Positions 1-13,239 of a DNA stretch of 64,000 bases are shown here, piece by piece. The stretch comes from Geosiphon pyriformis uo1 (lineage: Eukaryota > Fungi > Glomeromycota): positions 331,820 to 395,819 of the forward strand of contig JAAOMT010000109.1 in the NCBI GenBank assembly GCA_016748015.1, read 5' to 3'. Made by a program: the position numbers and the translations under genes. Position 1 is the first letter of the stretch; each line of letters begins with the position of its first letter. The notes below the pieces were generated by a model. That model was not told the DNA's origin and made no database searches. It saw only the letters and a program-made list of their open reading frames with translations.

Positions 1-3000
1 AACAAAATTCACTTGAAAAAATTTTACACTATTGAATATAATAATGGTCTATATATTTTATAACTTAATATAAAATAGGTTCAATAATGATTTGTTTATA
101 AAACTCAATTCAAATATATCTGAATAATTTGAATATCAGTTATTATAAAATTAATAATATTGATTAAAGATTAAAAAAATAAAATATATAACAAAATTTC
201 AAAATAAATTTAATTTAATATATAAGAACAACCAAAAATTTAGCTTATACATATTAATTTTATTTTTTTAATCATTTTATTGTTTTCAAAATATCGTAAC
301 AATTTTTTTTAAAGTTAAATTATTTTCAAATAAAATTGGCTAAAGTGATGTCAATGTTTTTTAAATTTTTCGATAAGTTATTTTAAGTGTAATTTTTTAA
401 ATTTCATTCAGAATAATCAAATTGTGGTATTAAGATAATTTAAATATGTTTTTGATTTCAAATTCGATTTTTGATAATAATTACCATAATACTATTAAAA
501 TTGTCAAATCAATTGACATTTTTGTTTATTTTTTTGAAAAATATATTCGAATTTTGAATATTCATTATTTTGGTCATTAATACAAGCTTGCTGGTTTATG
601 AATACTAGCGAAATTAGTAACATATGTATATTTGACAAGGTCTCTTTCCTAGAAGCTCTTTGCAAACAGAGGCACTTGTTAGATAAAATTCAATTTTCTT
701 TTTTGTGAAACATCAAAGTTCTTTCTTACTAAGTCAAAAAATTATATATATTTGAAATAATTCAAAGTTTCATTTATTTGTTTGTTTGTTCATTAGCATT
801 TCTCTTAAATGTTTAATTACCAAATAATTAAAATGGTACAAAAATATAAGTATAATACTTCAAATGAATAAATTAGATGAGGACAATTCTAGTTTAATTA
901 TAAGATATCTAACATTAGGAGTTTCTCATCTGCAAGATAAATACAATGGTATTATCTGTTAATTTGTCAATTTACTTACATTAAACTCAAGTAAATCAAA
1001 AAAGGTTTGAATTGAAATCCTTTTTTTAGTATCTGTTTTCTATCATTTGGCGAAAGATCAAAATTGACCTGTTCCAAAGAAAAAATGAAAACTTCTTTTT
1101 TATTCATTTGATCTACATTTATATTCATATAAAAGAAAAATTTAATTCTAGTAAAAAGTTAATATCCCAGTGAAAAAAGTGGGATCTGAAAGAATTTTTA
1201 AGCAATTGGTTAATTCACAAATTTTTTGAAAAAAGTAGACAGACACATCAAAAATGTTCTAGTGGTTCATTTCATTTTATCCACCCTTAATATGTTAAAG
1301 GTACAACATAAGATGATAATAATGTTACAATTTATGATCTTCTGTAAAAAAAGGCTAAAGATAGTTGAGTAATCTTGAAAAGGAGATAAGTGTAAGAGCT
1401 TTCTAATTCTATTCCTAATTTTTAAATTAAGATTTACAAATTCTCTTAATATTTAGAAATTGGTATTCTTTTTGTACAATAAAAATAGGTTTTATAGTCA
1501 CAAGCCAAATTAGGGTCGCACCATTCGAAAAGATCAAAAAAAATTATTTTAAATTAAATTTCAGTCGGTTTTTTTGGAATGAATATAAAAGAATTCTGTA
1601 CAAATCAAGTTTTCTCAAGTTTTTACTAAGCAATTGCCGTTTTTAAATAGCATAACCTTATATTTATTCTATACAATATATTCACTCATCACGTAAACTC
1701 ATTTGAAAAGTTTTCTCTCTTTGAAATCCTTATGCTATGAATAATAATGTTCGAACAATAAACAAAAAGCAATTTTAACCTTGATAAAAATTCAAAACCT
1801 AAATTATTGTTTCTCAAGTACGTTATGGAAAATATTTGATCTATCTGTTTTCAATATTACGATAAAATATTTGTTGTTTCAATCAATTTATCTTGTTTTC
1901 TTTAAAAATGCTTCAAGCTTTATGTTGTATTTGATATTCAATGAAAATCGAACATTTTAAACTTCTACTGGCTAACTTTTTATTCGAATCTGAAAAGTAA
2001 TTTATTTCCTCATGTAAAAGAAAAATTTAAATTTTCAGTGATTCCTTAATATTTTCAAGAAAGTGCCAAGGAATATCTAGATTTATAAAGTAATTTACAT
2101 AATATGACTTTTCTTTCTTAAAAAAGAAAGCTCTTGAATTACAGAATTTGAAAAAAAGAACCTACTAATTTTGAGATAAAAAATAGCTCTTTAGTTCCAA
2201 TAGGTTTAAGTTAATTTTGACATTTAATATATTGTTCAATTTTTGACTAAAGCTATATTTGAAGATTTTTTAGAAAAAACTTGTTAAAATTGTTTCCACA
2301 AGCCTGAGAAATAATGCTGAAATGTATTCAAACCTCTATGCAGCAAAAGTTCATTCTATGAGTTGAAAAGCAACATGATAAAACAGGCCTGGTGTATTGT
2401 TTTTAAACCTAATTTAGGGGATCCCTGGATCATGCAGGGATGAGAGTGCAATTTTCCAATTAAAATTCGTAAATCGTAAGCACGTTTTGATTTCTCCGTT
2501 TTTATACTGAAGTTTTTGGCAGATTATATGCCATTGTCTTTTGAACTTTATTTTAATGGAAAGGAAAGTTCCTCAAAATCTTGATATCTGTAATCACCAA
2601 TGCATGAAATGCAAAGCTCATGTAAACTTTCTCTTGCTTTAAAAACATAATAAATAGCTATTTGATGGCTTAGTGATACAAGCTATACCAATGGGCTTTT
2701 ATTGTCAAATGTGTTGCCACAAAGATCTCATAAAAATTCTCTGCTCACTGTTACGTTAAAAATCCAGTTTTGTGTGCAGAAAGCTATGCTTGTCTTTGCT
2801 TGGCAAGGTTAAAAAATGATGAAGGGCGAAACTCGAAGAAATAGTTAATCGGCATTATTAAAAAGTAAAATTTCTATCTATAATGAAATTCTTGGCACAA
2901 ATTAACCGAAACTCATTTATAGATGATAAAAAACTCAATATATTGAAAAAAGTGAGCGAATGCAAAATAATACCCATAATCTAATAATGAGAAACTTTGG

Positions 3001-6000
3001 CATTTGTCGCTTTTGAACGCAAGTTATTTGCCTTACATGAAAGCTTTCAATACTGTGAAAAAGTGAGCTTTGTATATGTGACTAGGTATAATTTTTTTTC
3101 TGATTTTGAAAAATTGGTGCAACTAATTACATGTTTATTTTTGTCATTAAATTTTTTCATTGTTTAGTAAACGTGATTTTACGTGCCACCATAAGGTTCT
3201 GAAGACCCATCTCAATTGCATTGTTAAATGTGCCAAGAAAGCTGTGGCATCTAAGTTGTTTCAAAGCAAATTGAGTTGGAATTCAAGCCATTTTCTCACA
3301 TAAAAGATTATCGATATTCAATTATTATAAATCTATTTTGCAAATAGCTGCATAACGATGCATTACAATGCAAATTTTCAACTCCAACTTGGTCTAGACT
3401 AAAGAGGTCATTTCGAAATAAGAATGGGTTATATTGATGCTCTTTTCAAATAAGATTGATGCTCTTTTCAATTGAAATTCAGTAACTACCAGGTTTGAGA
3501 GCTTCCTATGGAATAGCTTTAGTTTTTTATATCATTAAACACACAACAAATTGTTCAATTGAAAGATTTTTTCAAAGTTTTCACTAAAGAAATGATGTCC
3601 CTCTTGAGATTGAAATGTTTATACGCATAACTTTTAAGTATAATAAAAAACAGGCTACAATTGAATGTTTGGAATTTTAGGGACGCTATTGAGAAGCCAA
3701 AAATGGCAGATAGTTGAATGTAGCGTAACCACATGATTATAGGAACTATATTGTACTTAATTCTAATCACTAGTGATACTTCAATTGAATTTTAAGTATA
3801 AACTTTAATTTTCAATAGATAAATATAAAAAGCATTTTTTTATTCAAGATCTCATGCAAAACCTAAAGACTTACCTGAAAAAATTCATCTATTGTACAAT
3901 TAATACAAGAGATTTGACATGTTTAGATACCTAGAAGATGAATATAATTTTAAAGGATGCTGGGTTTCCTTACAAATTTTTATTTAAAAGTTCAATTATA
4001 ATTTGTTTATTCGTAACATAATAAAGGATTTACCCTACATAACAGGGAAAAAGAATATTCACTTAATAATGGAATTTTAGAGACAGAAAGTCTCTTTGTT
4101 TAATATTAATTTCGGCCTCGAATTGCTGCATAAAATATCTTCTGCATTCAAAGAAGTATCACATGTTGTTTTAAAAAAATATTTTTTTTATTAAAGCACG
4201 TTTTTATTTTGTAAGGGGAACCACCATCAAATGAGCTCAATGTACATGAAAACATTCACTTTTGATTGTCTCAATGACGATATGAAGGTAGGATCATGAT
4301 ACTCATGCTTACATTGCATTTTTTATCTCCTTTCCAAGCAAAATCTGCTGTCGCTTACACAAAGGGATCCCAATCTGCATTGCCTCCAATTTTCAACGAG
4401 TCAAGCTAAAATGAATGCTTGATTAGCAATTATTGAGGAAACTGAATTTACTTTAATAAGGTTTTTTCTTGCATGCAGTAAGGTCCCTCATTGGAACTAT
4501 CACTTTTATCCCTGGTAATTGTTTCAACAAGGTTTTTCCGGTATTTGACTATAGAGTTTATCTGAACCATCTCTGGTCTCACACGAACTCAACAATTCTC
4601 CCCGAATAAGGGACTTAGCCATTCATTGACAAATTTAATTTCAAATATGTCAAAAACTCGCAACATCAATTCATTGTAGATCAAGAATCCCTGGTAAAAT
4701 TCGATACCCGTTGCATGTCACTATATTATAGAAAAAATTTGTTATCTACTTTAAAATCCGCGCATTCAAGTTTTAAAAGTTAATCGTTCAAAAAGAAAAT
4801 TTCTTGGGACAATCTAACACTGGACAATTACCGTTGCTTTGATGCATTTCCCCCTATGAAGTGTCACAGAAATCTTACACGTAATGTCATACGACATTCA
4901 TCCCTGAACCTAAAATTGGTGAAAAAAAAATCTTATACTTTAAAAGCTCTATAAACTTTTATCGACAAAAACCAATCAACTCTGAGCCTTTAAAAAAAGA
5001 TTTACTTTAAAGTTTAAAAATTTCAGAAAATCTTTTAGATATTAAAGCAACGTGAAAACCAATTTTTGGACAACTAGGGGGCAATTATAGGCATTTCAAA
5101 CCGGCTTTTATGAAAATCGTTTTCATCTCGATTACCACACATTCCTCTAAATCACAATTCAAAGTGTCGAGTGGCCAACTTGAATCCTACCCAAAAATAC
5201 GAAATATAGTAGAAAATTATGTACAGTCCTAATCCATCCCTATGAAATGAAAATATGCTCAATACCTAACTAACTCCGCAAATTCGTATATGGCGCGGTT
5301 TCAATCCTCCGAGAACTCTAAAAAAAAATTCGTTTTTCCGAAGCTTTTCGAACAAAAGCAACACCATATTAAAATTTTCGTTTTCATTCAATTTCGATCT
5401 CGTAGCGTAATTATTTTTTGTGAAAGTATTCCGACTAGAAAATCAATTTAAAATTTAATCTTATTGTTTTTCTTTAGGAATCAGAAGTCCCGTAAGGCGG
5501 AATTTCGTGACTTTGAAATATTGCCCATTGAAAGAGCAAAAGCTTGGTGAAATCGTGGGCATAAATAGTCCATACGTGATTAAAATCAAAGCTTTACTTT
5601 TAATATTTAAACGATCGTTAATGAGTTATATTTATATTTATATGCAAATAAACATTTGAAAAATCGATTTTTTGATTAATTTATCAAAAAAACGATGCCG
5701 GTAAATTTAAAAGATTTTTAATTCTTTAAAATAATTGATATTTGAAAATAATTAAATCTTTTTGCGCCAATTATTATTACTTTAAATGACTTTTTGGCCT
5801 TTGAATCAATACGCTGTAGCTAAATACTAGCAAGCAAATTACTCTTTAATCTGATATATTAATAGACATTTGAATTCCATTCAAAGATCGTCTTTTTCGG
5901 AGTCGATTACTTGAAATTTAACCGAAACAAAAGATCAATGTCATTGATTGTCTGACACCAATCATCTTTTTTTGTTTCTCACACGAATCCACCAAAGAAC

Positions 6001-7926
6001 CCATTAGATGTATTGGATTTCTCAGTTCAGCAGAAATAAAAGTAGAAATAATTTGTATTAAGAGGCATATTTCAAAATTTAGGTTTATTGCTACATATAT
6101 TTATTTATTTTTCAATTATTCCTTTTGATAATTTCTTAACCAGACATCTGGTCTATTATTATTTCAATTGATTTTTGAAAATTGTCATCATATTTGGAGT
6201 ATTTCATATGTGTAATGATAATTTATCAGGTTTACATAACAATTTTCAACTTAAACTAAAAAAATATAATTATTAATCGCTTTAGAAATCTTTTTTTAAT
6301 TTTTTAATTGTTAATACAATTAAATTAATATTCAAAACCATTTCAAATAAAAAATAATTAAAAGCTTTTGTATTTATATTATTTTGATAAAAAAACTGGG
6401 CAATTAATATTGAGATTAATACAGACCTTATTTTTATGTTAAATATTTTTTATAAAACAATTTCATATTGATAACTTCTTATTTTAAGAAATAAAAAAAA
6501 TTATTCAGATAAATAATAAATTAAATAATTTGTGTGATGTATATAATTCTAAATATTTTAGTGTTGAACTCGAGAAAATTGTGCTTTTGTGTCATTAGAC
6601 AAATATTTAAAATGATATTTTAAACATTGAAGAAATTCAAAAAATTTTCATGAATAAATAGCAATCTTTAACAGAAAAATCATTGAATTTCTAAAACTCG
6701 CTAAGATTCTCAACTTAGACATAAAATCCTCTAAATTCTGGTCAAGTCAAGAAGGGTATGAATTTTAAAAGATAAAAATTTTTAATTTTTTTTAGTTGAA
6801 CTTATTAGTTTTCTATTTGGTAGATCATCATATATAATAAAAATTTAGCCTTTCAATAAGCTACTTTAAGAGAAATTGACACAATGATAATAAACGGTAA
6901 TAAAAACTACAAATTCAGATATGTTTTTATAGATGAATTTATCATTTAGTTCAAAAATTTCATTTTTAAACTTAGATATAATCTATACACTTGACATAAA
7001 AAAGTCACTAGACATTTTATTACTTTCATTATTATAACAAATGACAGCTAATATTTAATATCTTGTAAAATATATGTTAATTTTTAATATTGTTTTGAAT
7101 GAATTGTGACATACTCTCAGATTTTTGTAGATTTTTCTGGCATTAAAACGTCATTCTGATTACATAGAGATTCAAAATAATTTGAAATTTTCGGGCTTTT
7201 ACATTTAAATCCATGACAATAAATTACTTTATCAAAGTTGTATATAATTAATTGATTCACTTCTTCAATTAATATAAACAGTTTTATTTCTTTACTTGAA
7301 AATCAATAAAAGATTCTAAATATTGAATGTTTTACCTTCTTTTCTTCATCTATTACTAAAATACAAAATCTTGGTTTATCACTTTAAGCAACATTCAAAG
7401 AAATAATTCAAATAATGAGAACAGCCCACTTTGAAAAATACTTGAAGTGTTTCTTTTGGTTTGATAACAATAAAGCATATCCTGCACTGGGCGTTGTTCT
7501 GATTTTTTCCATGTTGGAATTCGATAAATTCTCATCTTGTAAAGGCTGCAAAACTAGCATGCATTTTTAATGTAATCTCAAAAGAGATTAATAGATTCTA
7601 AATCTGAATTTTTTATTGAGTTTGTGATGCTTGCCAAACTACTACTTATAGATATCAACTTATAAAAAGAATTTGGTGAGAAAATCAGTGTACATATATA
7701 TGCCAGTTTGTGTAATTTCAAAACAAATGGCAACATTATCTATTTCAATAAATAGTCTGATCTTAATCTTATTTTATGTTAACGGAACAAGTTATTACGT
7801 AAGAGATTTGGGGGTAATTAGAAGTCATTTTTCTTTTATGAATTTTTGGAAATATTAGCTACTCAATTTACAATTATATTCGTCAAAAACCACGTTCTAA
7901 CGAATTTTAAAATCTAAAGTAACTTA

Positions 7927-9016
7927 TCACAATTCTTGATTACCCATTTCGATTTGATTGCTTTCATTTTGTTGTCGCACATTTTTTGCTTTTGCTTTTC
8001 CCTTTCCCTTTGCTTTAGCACTACCGATATTAACCTGCAATACATATTATGATTAGTCCTAAAAATATCTTTAATATTTGAAACATTAGAAAATACCTTT
8101 GCACTACTCTTCGCTTCTGCGGAAATTGGTTGCTCTTGAGGTCTTTTTGAGGTTTTTGATTTTGGGGTTTTTGGCTTTAGAGGTTTTCTACATTTATTAT
8201 CTATGACAATGATTTCGGGATTCCTGGAACATGTAGATTGTATGCAACGTTTTTCGAGCGTGGTCTTTCCTTTACCCTTTCCTTGGGCTTTAGGTTGTTG
8301 TCCGATATTCACCTGTACTAACAAATGGTTAAATAAAAAATTTGATCGTGAAATTTCTGTTATCTATTTCAATACCTTCGCACTACTCTTTGCCTCTGCA
8401 GAAGTTGGTTGCTGTTGAGGTCTTTTTGGAGCTTTTGCTTTTGAGGTTTTTGCTTTTGGACGTTTTTTACATTCATTATCCAAGACAGTAATTTCGGGAT
8501 TCCTGGAACATGTGGATGGTAGATAACGTTTTTCGAGCATGGTCTTTCCTTTACTTTTTCCTTTGCCCTTTCCTTTGACTTTAGCCTGTTGACCAATATT
8601 CACCTGTAATTGGGAAAATTTTACAAAAAGTTTATTGGAAAAGATTTGCTCAAAAACTTATGAATTACCCGAAGTCATAATACCTTTGCACTACTTTTTG
8701 CTTCTGCAGAAATTGGTTGCTGTTTTTCTTTCCCAAGCCTTTTTGGTCTTGCAGGTTCAACACCACTGGGTTGTTCATTGACAACGATAATATATGGGAT
8801 TTCTTCCTCTTCGAAACAAGGTCTCGGAGGGCATGGTGGACATGAGACTGGGATATGGGATCTGGCACCGAGATCATCGTTTTCTCGTTTTTGATTAATG
8901 TTATTTGTAATTGGATTGGTAGTGCCCGAAATGGAATCATTACTGAAAACGATTAGAGATTTAAAGAAAAGAGCTACCGCAATGATAAGAATAAGGAAGT
9001 ACTTTTTTGAAATCAT
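7927..9016 (-). CDS. Secreted Lys-rich tandem-repeat protein (294 aa, 4 exons); candidate Kex2-processed repeat peptide precursor or effector
   Basis: Exons are 9016-8684 (111 codons), 8603-8376 (76), 8312-8097 (72) and 8034-7927 (35 + TGA). Three phase-0 introns of 80, 63 and 62 nt each have an AAG|GTATT donor and a CAG|GT acceptor; intron 3 has a CTAAT branch site. The N-terminus is signal-peptide-like (MISKKYFLILIIAVALFFKSLIVFS). Exons 1-3 end QP(I/T)SAEAKSSAK and exons 2-4 start VNIG. There are multiple KR sites and no internal stops. Confidence 0.85.
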
Positions 9017-9112
9017 TTTTGCCAGAGCCTATTTAATTTTTTTAATTTTTTGGTTTGGTTTTTCCTAGTCCGGCTCACTGTATTCGTAAATTAGTGGAAT
9101 TTTAAGAATTCT

Positions 9113-9119
9113 TTTTATA
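9113..9119 (-). promoter_or_regulatory. Candidate TATA box of the repeat-protein gene
   Basis: GTATAAAAAG on the minus strand about 100 nt upstream of the ATG at 9016. The AT-rich background lowers specificity. Confidence 0.4.
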
Positions 9120-9989
9120 CTTGACTGCTATTTGAAAAATACTAATACCAAATTCATCATCTATGCATATTTGATTTTATCAAATAATCAGCAGTGTTTT
9201 AAACGCAGAAATCTAAAAGTGTAATTAATGCTCTTTGCATTTCGTGTTTTCATCAATATGCTATTATCAGGCAGCTCAAAAAGCCTTGCGATAACTTAGT
9301 TGATATCAAAACCTTGAACCCTGAAATGATGAAAGGATAGAGAAAATTCTGATCTTTAATATGGGTAAAAATTAATTTGATGGAATCACCAGCAAAGTAA
9401 AAAAGATAAAAACTAAAGCGTGACTTTAAATGTCAAAACACAATTTTTACGTTTTCATATTGACACTTAGAAAAGCTATAGACTGCAAAAAAAGCAACTG
9501 GAATTATTAGTATTCTGATATGGAGTTAAATTAAAATGCTGTATTTTTTATAAATTGGAAATTTCAACCCATACTATTTGAGATTTAGCGAATTAACATC
9601 GTAATATTCAGTAAATCAAGTAAAATGGTCTCGAAGCTTGAGAATTCTAATTGAACTTAAATACTTGTTAATTCATTTAAGGAAATTTCCCAAATCTTTT
9701 CGCAATACTTCACATTTCATAATAGTCTTTGAAACTAATTGATTCTAACTGGACGCTTTTGCACTTGCTGATTCAAAAAAATATTATTTCGAGTCACAAT
9801 AAAATTAAAGTTGAAGATTTATTAGTCTTTTCTTTATATGGTCATTATACATTTTTCATTATATTTTAATTTTTTGTAAAGTGCTATTTGATAAATATCT
9901 TTTTTGTGATTTTCAATAGTTTAGATAATAATAGAAATTTTAAATGTATCAAAGAAAAGTTTTATAAAACCTTAAAAGCCTATTTCTTC

Positions 9990-11900
9990 AGAAATATAAT
10001 TTTGATTTTGAAATAATCAAAAATATGCCAAGATAAAAATTATGGGAAGAAAATTATTCTGCATAAAATCGTTTCTTTTCAAAAACATTTTTATTAAAAT
10101 ATTTTAGGTCACAAAAATTAGTCAAAATGTTTATTTGACTATTAGCAAGGGAAATATTGCATTCCAAAAATGTTTGCGATACCAGTTAAAGAATTATTTA
10201 ATGAACGAACTCTTAACTTTATAGGAAACTGCGATGAGTTTCTGGGTACCCACTTCAAAACCTGCAAATCCATTAACCTGTTAACAAATTAATGACTAAA
10301 AATGCTCCCAGCATTCAAAAATGTTACCACAAAAGCCACTTTTTCTTCAGCTTGAGCCTAGTCAAATGATTTTAGGCCATACAACAAAAAATAATACAAG
10401 ATATTACTAAGAAAGTTATTGGACAAACTGGTCTTAGCTTTCAAACTTTTTTTAACCTATAAATTTCACTTATTATAAAGACTCTTAGACATAAAACTAA
10501 ACTGGTTTTATAATTAAGAATAAACTACATAACAATTTAAGCCAAATACAGAAACTGCTTATTAAAAAGTGCCTTTTTCAAAACTAAATTGTTAAAAAAC
10601 TTAACATTAAAACATATTTTCTTTAAACTAGACTTAAACTAGCTTTTTTTAAACAAAAAAATACATAAATTTTCCATGTTTTACAATAGAAATAGACATG
10701 TTTTTATACATAACAAAACATTTCTAATTTTATAATTAATTAGTCTTATCACTATTAACAAAAATATTATTAATTTTAAAAAACTTGCTTGCAATATTTA
10801 AAATAAGTTAAATTACTGTATAACTATTTTCAATTCATATTGTATTATTAATAAAAATACTAGCAACTAAATAAAAAGTTATACTAGATTTAGTTTTAAC
10901 TCTATCAGACTTGGCAACAAATTTAAAATTAATTTAATTTCTTATATTTTTTAATCTTACACAAAAAAAAATTTTTATATCAAAATAAAAATATCTTATT
11001 TTAATTCAAACTATTATGTATTTTATATTTATTTGATAAATTAAAATCTGTTTTTACTTTACTAATTTTGTTTTAAAAATATGTTTTATAAAACAGATAT
11101 TACCATAAAAATTTTTTTTTATTAATATTATAATATATATATTTGTTAAAATTTTTATTTATTTATAAAATTTAGAAATTATTAATACTTATGTTTTTCT
11201 TTATATATTTAAAACCAACTTAATAAGCATATATTTAATAAATTTAACAACAATTTAATAAAAACTGATTACAATATTTTTATAACTTATTAAAAATATT
11301 AAATAAACTAACTGTTTTGCTATTTAACAAATTTTTAATAATTATTAGCAATTTTTTTCGGTTTAATTTTTGATATTATATTTAAAAAAGTTTTTTTATT
11401 ATTAAAATGCTTTAAAAATAATATTAATATTGTTACAAATTTGAAATAACATTCAAAAAACATTTTTTTTAATATATTTATTATAATATTATTTATTTTA
11501 AATTTAGTTAAGTCAAACTTTAAAACCAATTTATTTTTTATAATTAATAATCTAAAGTTATTTTTTTAAATAAATATTTTGAATCTTTAAAGTCTTAAAC
11601 AATTTTAAAATTATTTATTTATATAATTACAATATTTGATCTATAAAATCAGTTTTAAAAAATATTTTATAATTAAAAAATACATAATTTTATAAAAGTT
11701 TTTATTTTGATTAAAATTATTCATAATATTTACTGTTTTAACAAAAACAAATTTTTAAATTAATCTTATTATTTAATATTTATAATGTTAAACTTATATT
11801 TTTAATAATTTTATTAATTTGTATATACTGTTATTAAAAAATTTTATTATTTTTTTTAATGTTATAAATATTAAATTTATTATAAATATTATTGTTAATA
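9990..11900 (-). mobile_element. Degenerate LINE ORF2 fragment (RT and post-RT region)
   Basis: Minus-strand translation near 10230-10400 (LYGLKSFD*AQAEEKVAFVVTFLNAGSIFSH*FVNRLMDLQVLKW) and LKKALFNKQFLYL near 10545-10585 match ORF2 of the LINE at 15159-21940. Colinear similarity can be followed to at least ~11580. Ends are approximate. Confidence 0.7.
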
Positions 11901-12099
11901 AAAATAATTAAATTTTTAATAAATTTATAAAAAATGAGACTGATTTTGCACATTGAATCCTTACTTATTTAATTCACTCCTTGAAATTGAAATCTCTTTT
12001 AATTTTAAAACAAATTTTAGTTTTTCTAATAATTAATTAATTTTAAACTAAGCTAATATAAATTTTTTTAAAAAAAGACTTTTTTAGTATATTTAATTA

Positions 12100-12790
12100 T
12101 AATATTTTTTTAAATTTTAATATTTTTTTTGTTAATATATAGAAACTATCTAAATAAGTCTAATTAAACATAGCTTATGTGCTTACTATATATAATTAAT
12201 TACTTAAACCAATTAAAACAATACTACATACTTATATAAACTCTTACACTATTACTAATATCTAAAAAAAAACATGCTTTATACAAATTAAAATTAACTA
12301 TAAAAAATTCAACAATATTGAAAAAATGAACAATATTTACTAACAAAAATTTAAACATATTACTTAAAACTATAAAAATTATTTTTATGTTATTAACTAA
12401 ACTATTTTTTTTTATATCTGCCCTAAACTTTACTTGAAATAATTACAACTTTTTCTAATGCTTTTTAACTAAATGACAAGAAAAATTAACTATCATTAAT
12501 ATTGCTTTCTTTTTATTGCCAAAAAATAAAACTACTTTATTAATCCAGTTCTTAAAAACAAAACTTTTATACAAGATTGTATAAGTATTAATATTTACAA
12601 TTCTAAAAGAAGCATATATATTATCAAAGATAATAATAAAAAACAATCTTTTATTAAAGATCTTTACAGATCTATACAATTCAACAAAATCTTAAAACAT
12701 ACAGTGGTTTTTTTTAAGCAAATAAAAACATAATCTAATAATTTAATATTACTATATATTAAGCATAACATATCTTATAAAGTTTTTTTT
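12100..12790 (-). mobile_element. LINE 3' end fragment (ORF2 C-terminus plus 3' UTR)
   Basis: ORF 12455-12679 (LYKSFVFKNW) matches FYKGFVFNDW of the LINE ORF2 C-terminus. 12140-12230 matches the LINE 3' UTR at 15230-15310. Confidence 0.65.
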
Positions 12791-13239
12791 AAACTGCAAT
12801 TGGTAATTTTTTATAAACAGCTTTTATTAAATAAATTGTTATTAAAAGTTTTTGGTTTTTTTTTCTAAATGTTGTTAATATTGAGTTGCTGTTAATCCAT
12901 AATTATTAGAATTTAATAAACTTTTGATAACTGAATTTATTTTCAAATTATCTTTTATAATTTAAATTACTAAATATATAAGTAGAATGGCCAATTTTGT
13001 GCCAATTACTTATATAATTGCTTTATAGTAAAAATCAACTCTTTTTTAAAAATTGTTTGTCTAAAAGCTTACTAAAAATATATATTTACTTTGCAATAAA
13101 AGTGAACTCTTTTACAAGAATTTTGGTTATAAGCTATTTTAATATATATAATAAAAAAAATATAAAAAAATATAAAAAATATAAAAGAAAAAGAATCTTA
13201 TTAAGAAAATTGTTTTCTGTTTAAGTCTGAAATTATTAA

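Noticed and set aside
3433-3471. 17-bp direct repeat ATTGATGCTCTTTTCAA (period 22)
   Set aside because: An isolated local duplication with no associated structure.
3555-3770. Short ORFs in the unique region (3555-3770, 7673-7858)
   Set aside because: Non-ATG starts, no motifs, and lengths expected by chance.
7336-7545. Possible extra minus-strand exon (TTTTGCAG acceptor, AAG|GTAAAA donor) of the repeat gene
   Set aside because: All three frames contain stops and exon 4 already ends in TGA. It could be a UTR or alternative last exon, but this is unsupported without RNA data.
8364-8603. ORFs 8675-9016, 8364-8603 and 7914-8324 as three tandem genes
   Set aside because: Canonical phase-0 introns join them into one gene. 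The listed starts of the latter two are GTG/TTG at or near splice acceptors.
10900-11900. Extreme AT tracts as a centromere or organellar insertion
   Set aside because: They align colinearly with LINE ORF2 and are hypermutated TE remains; centromeric function cannot be judged from sequence.
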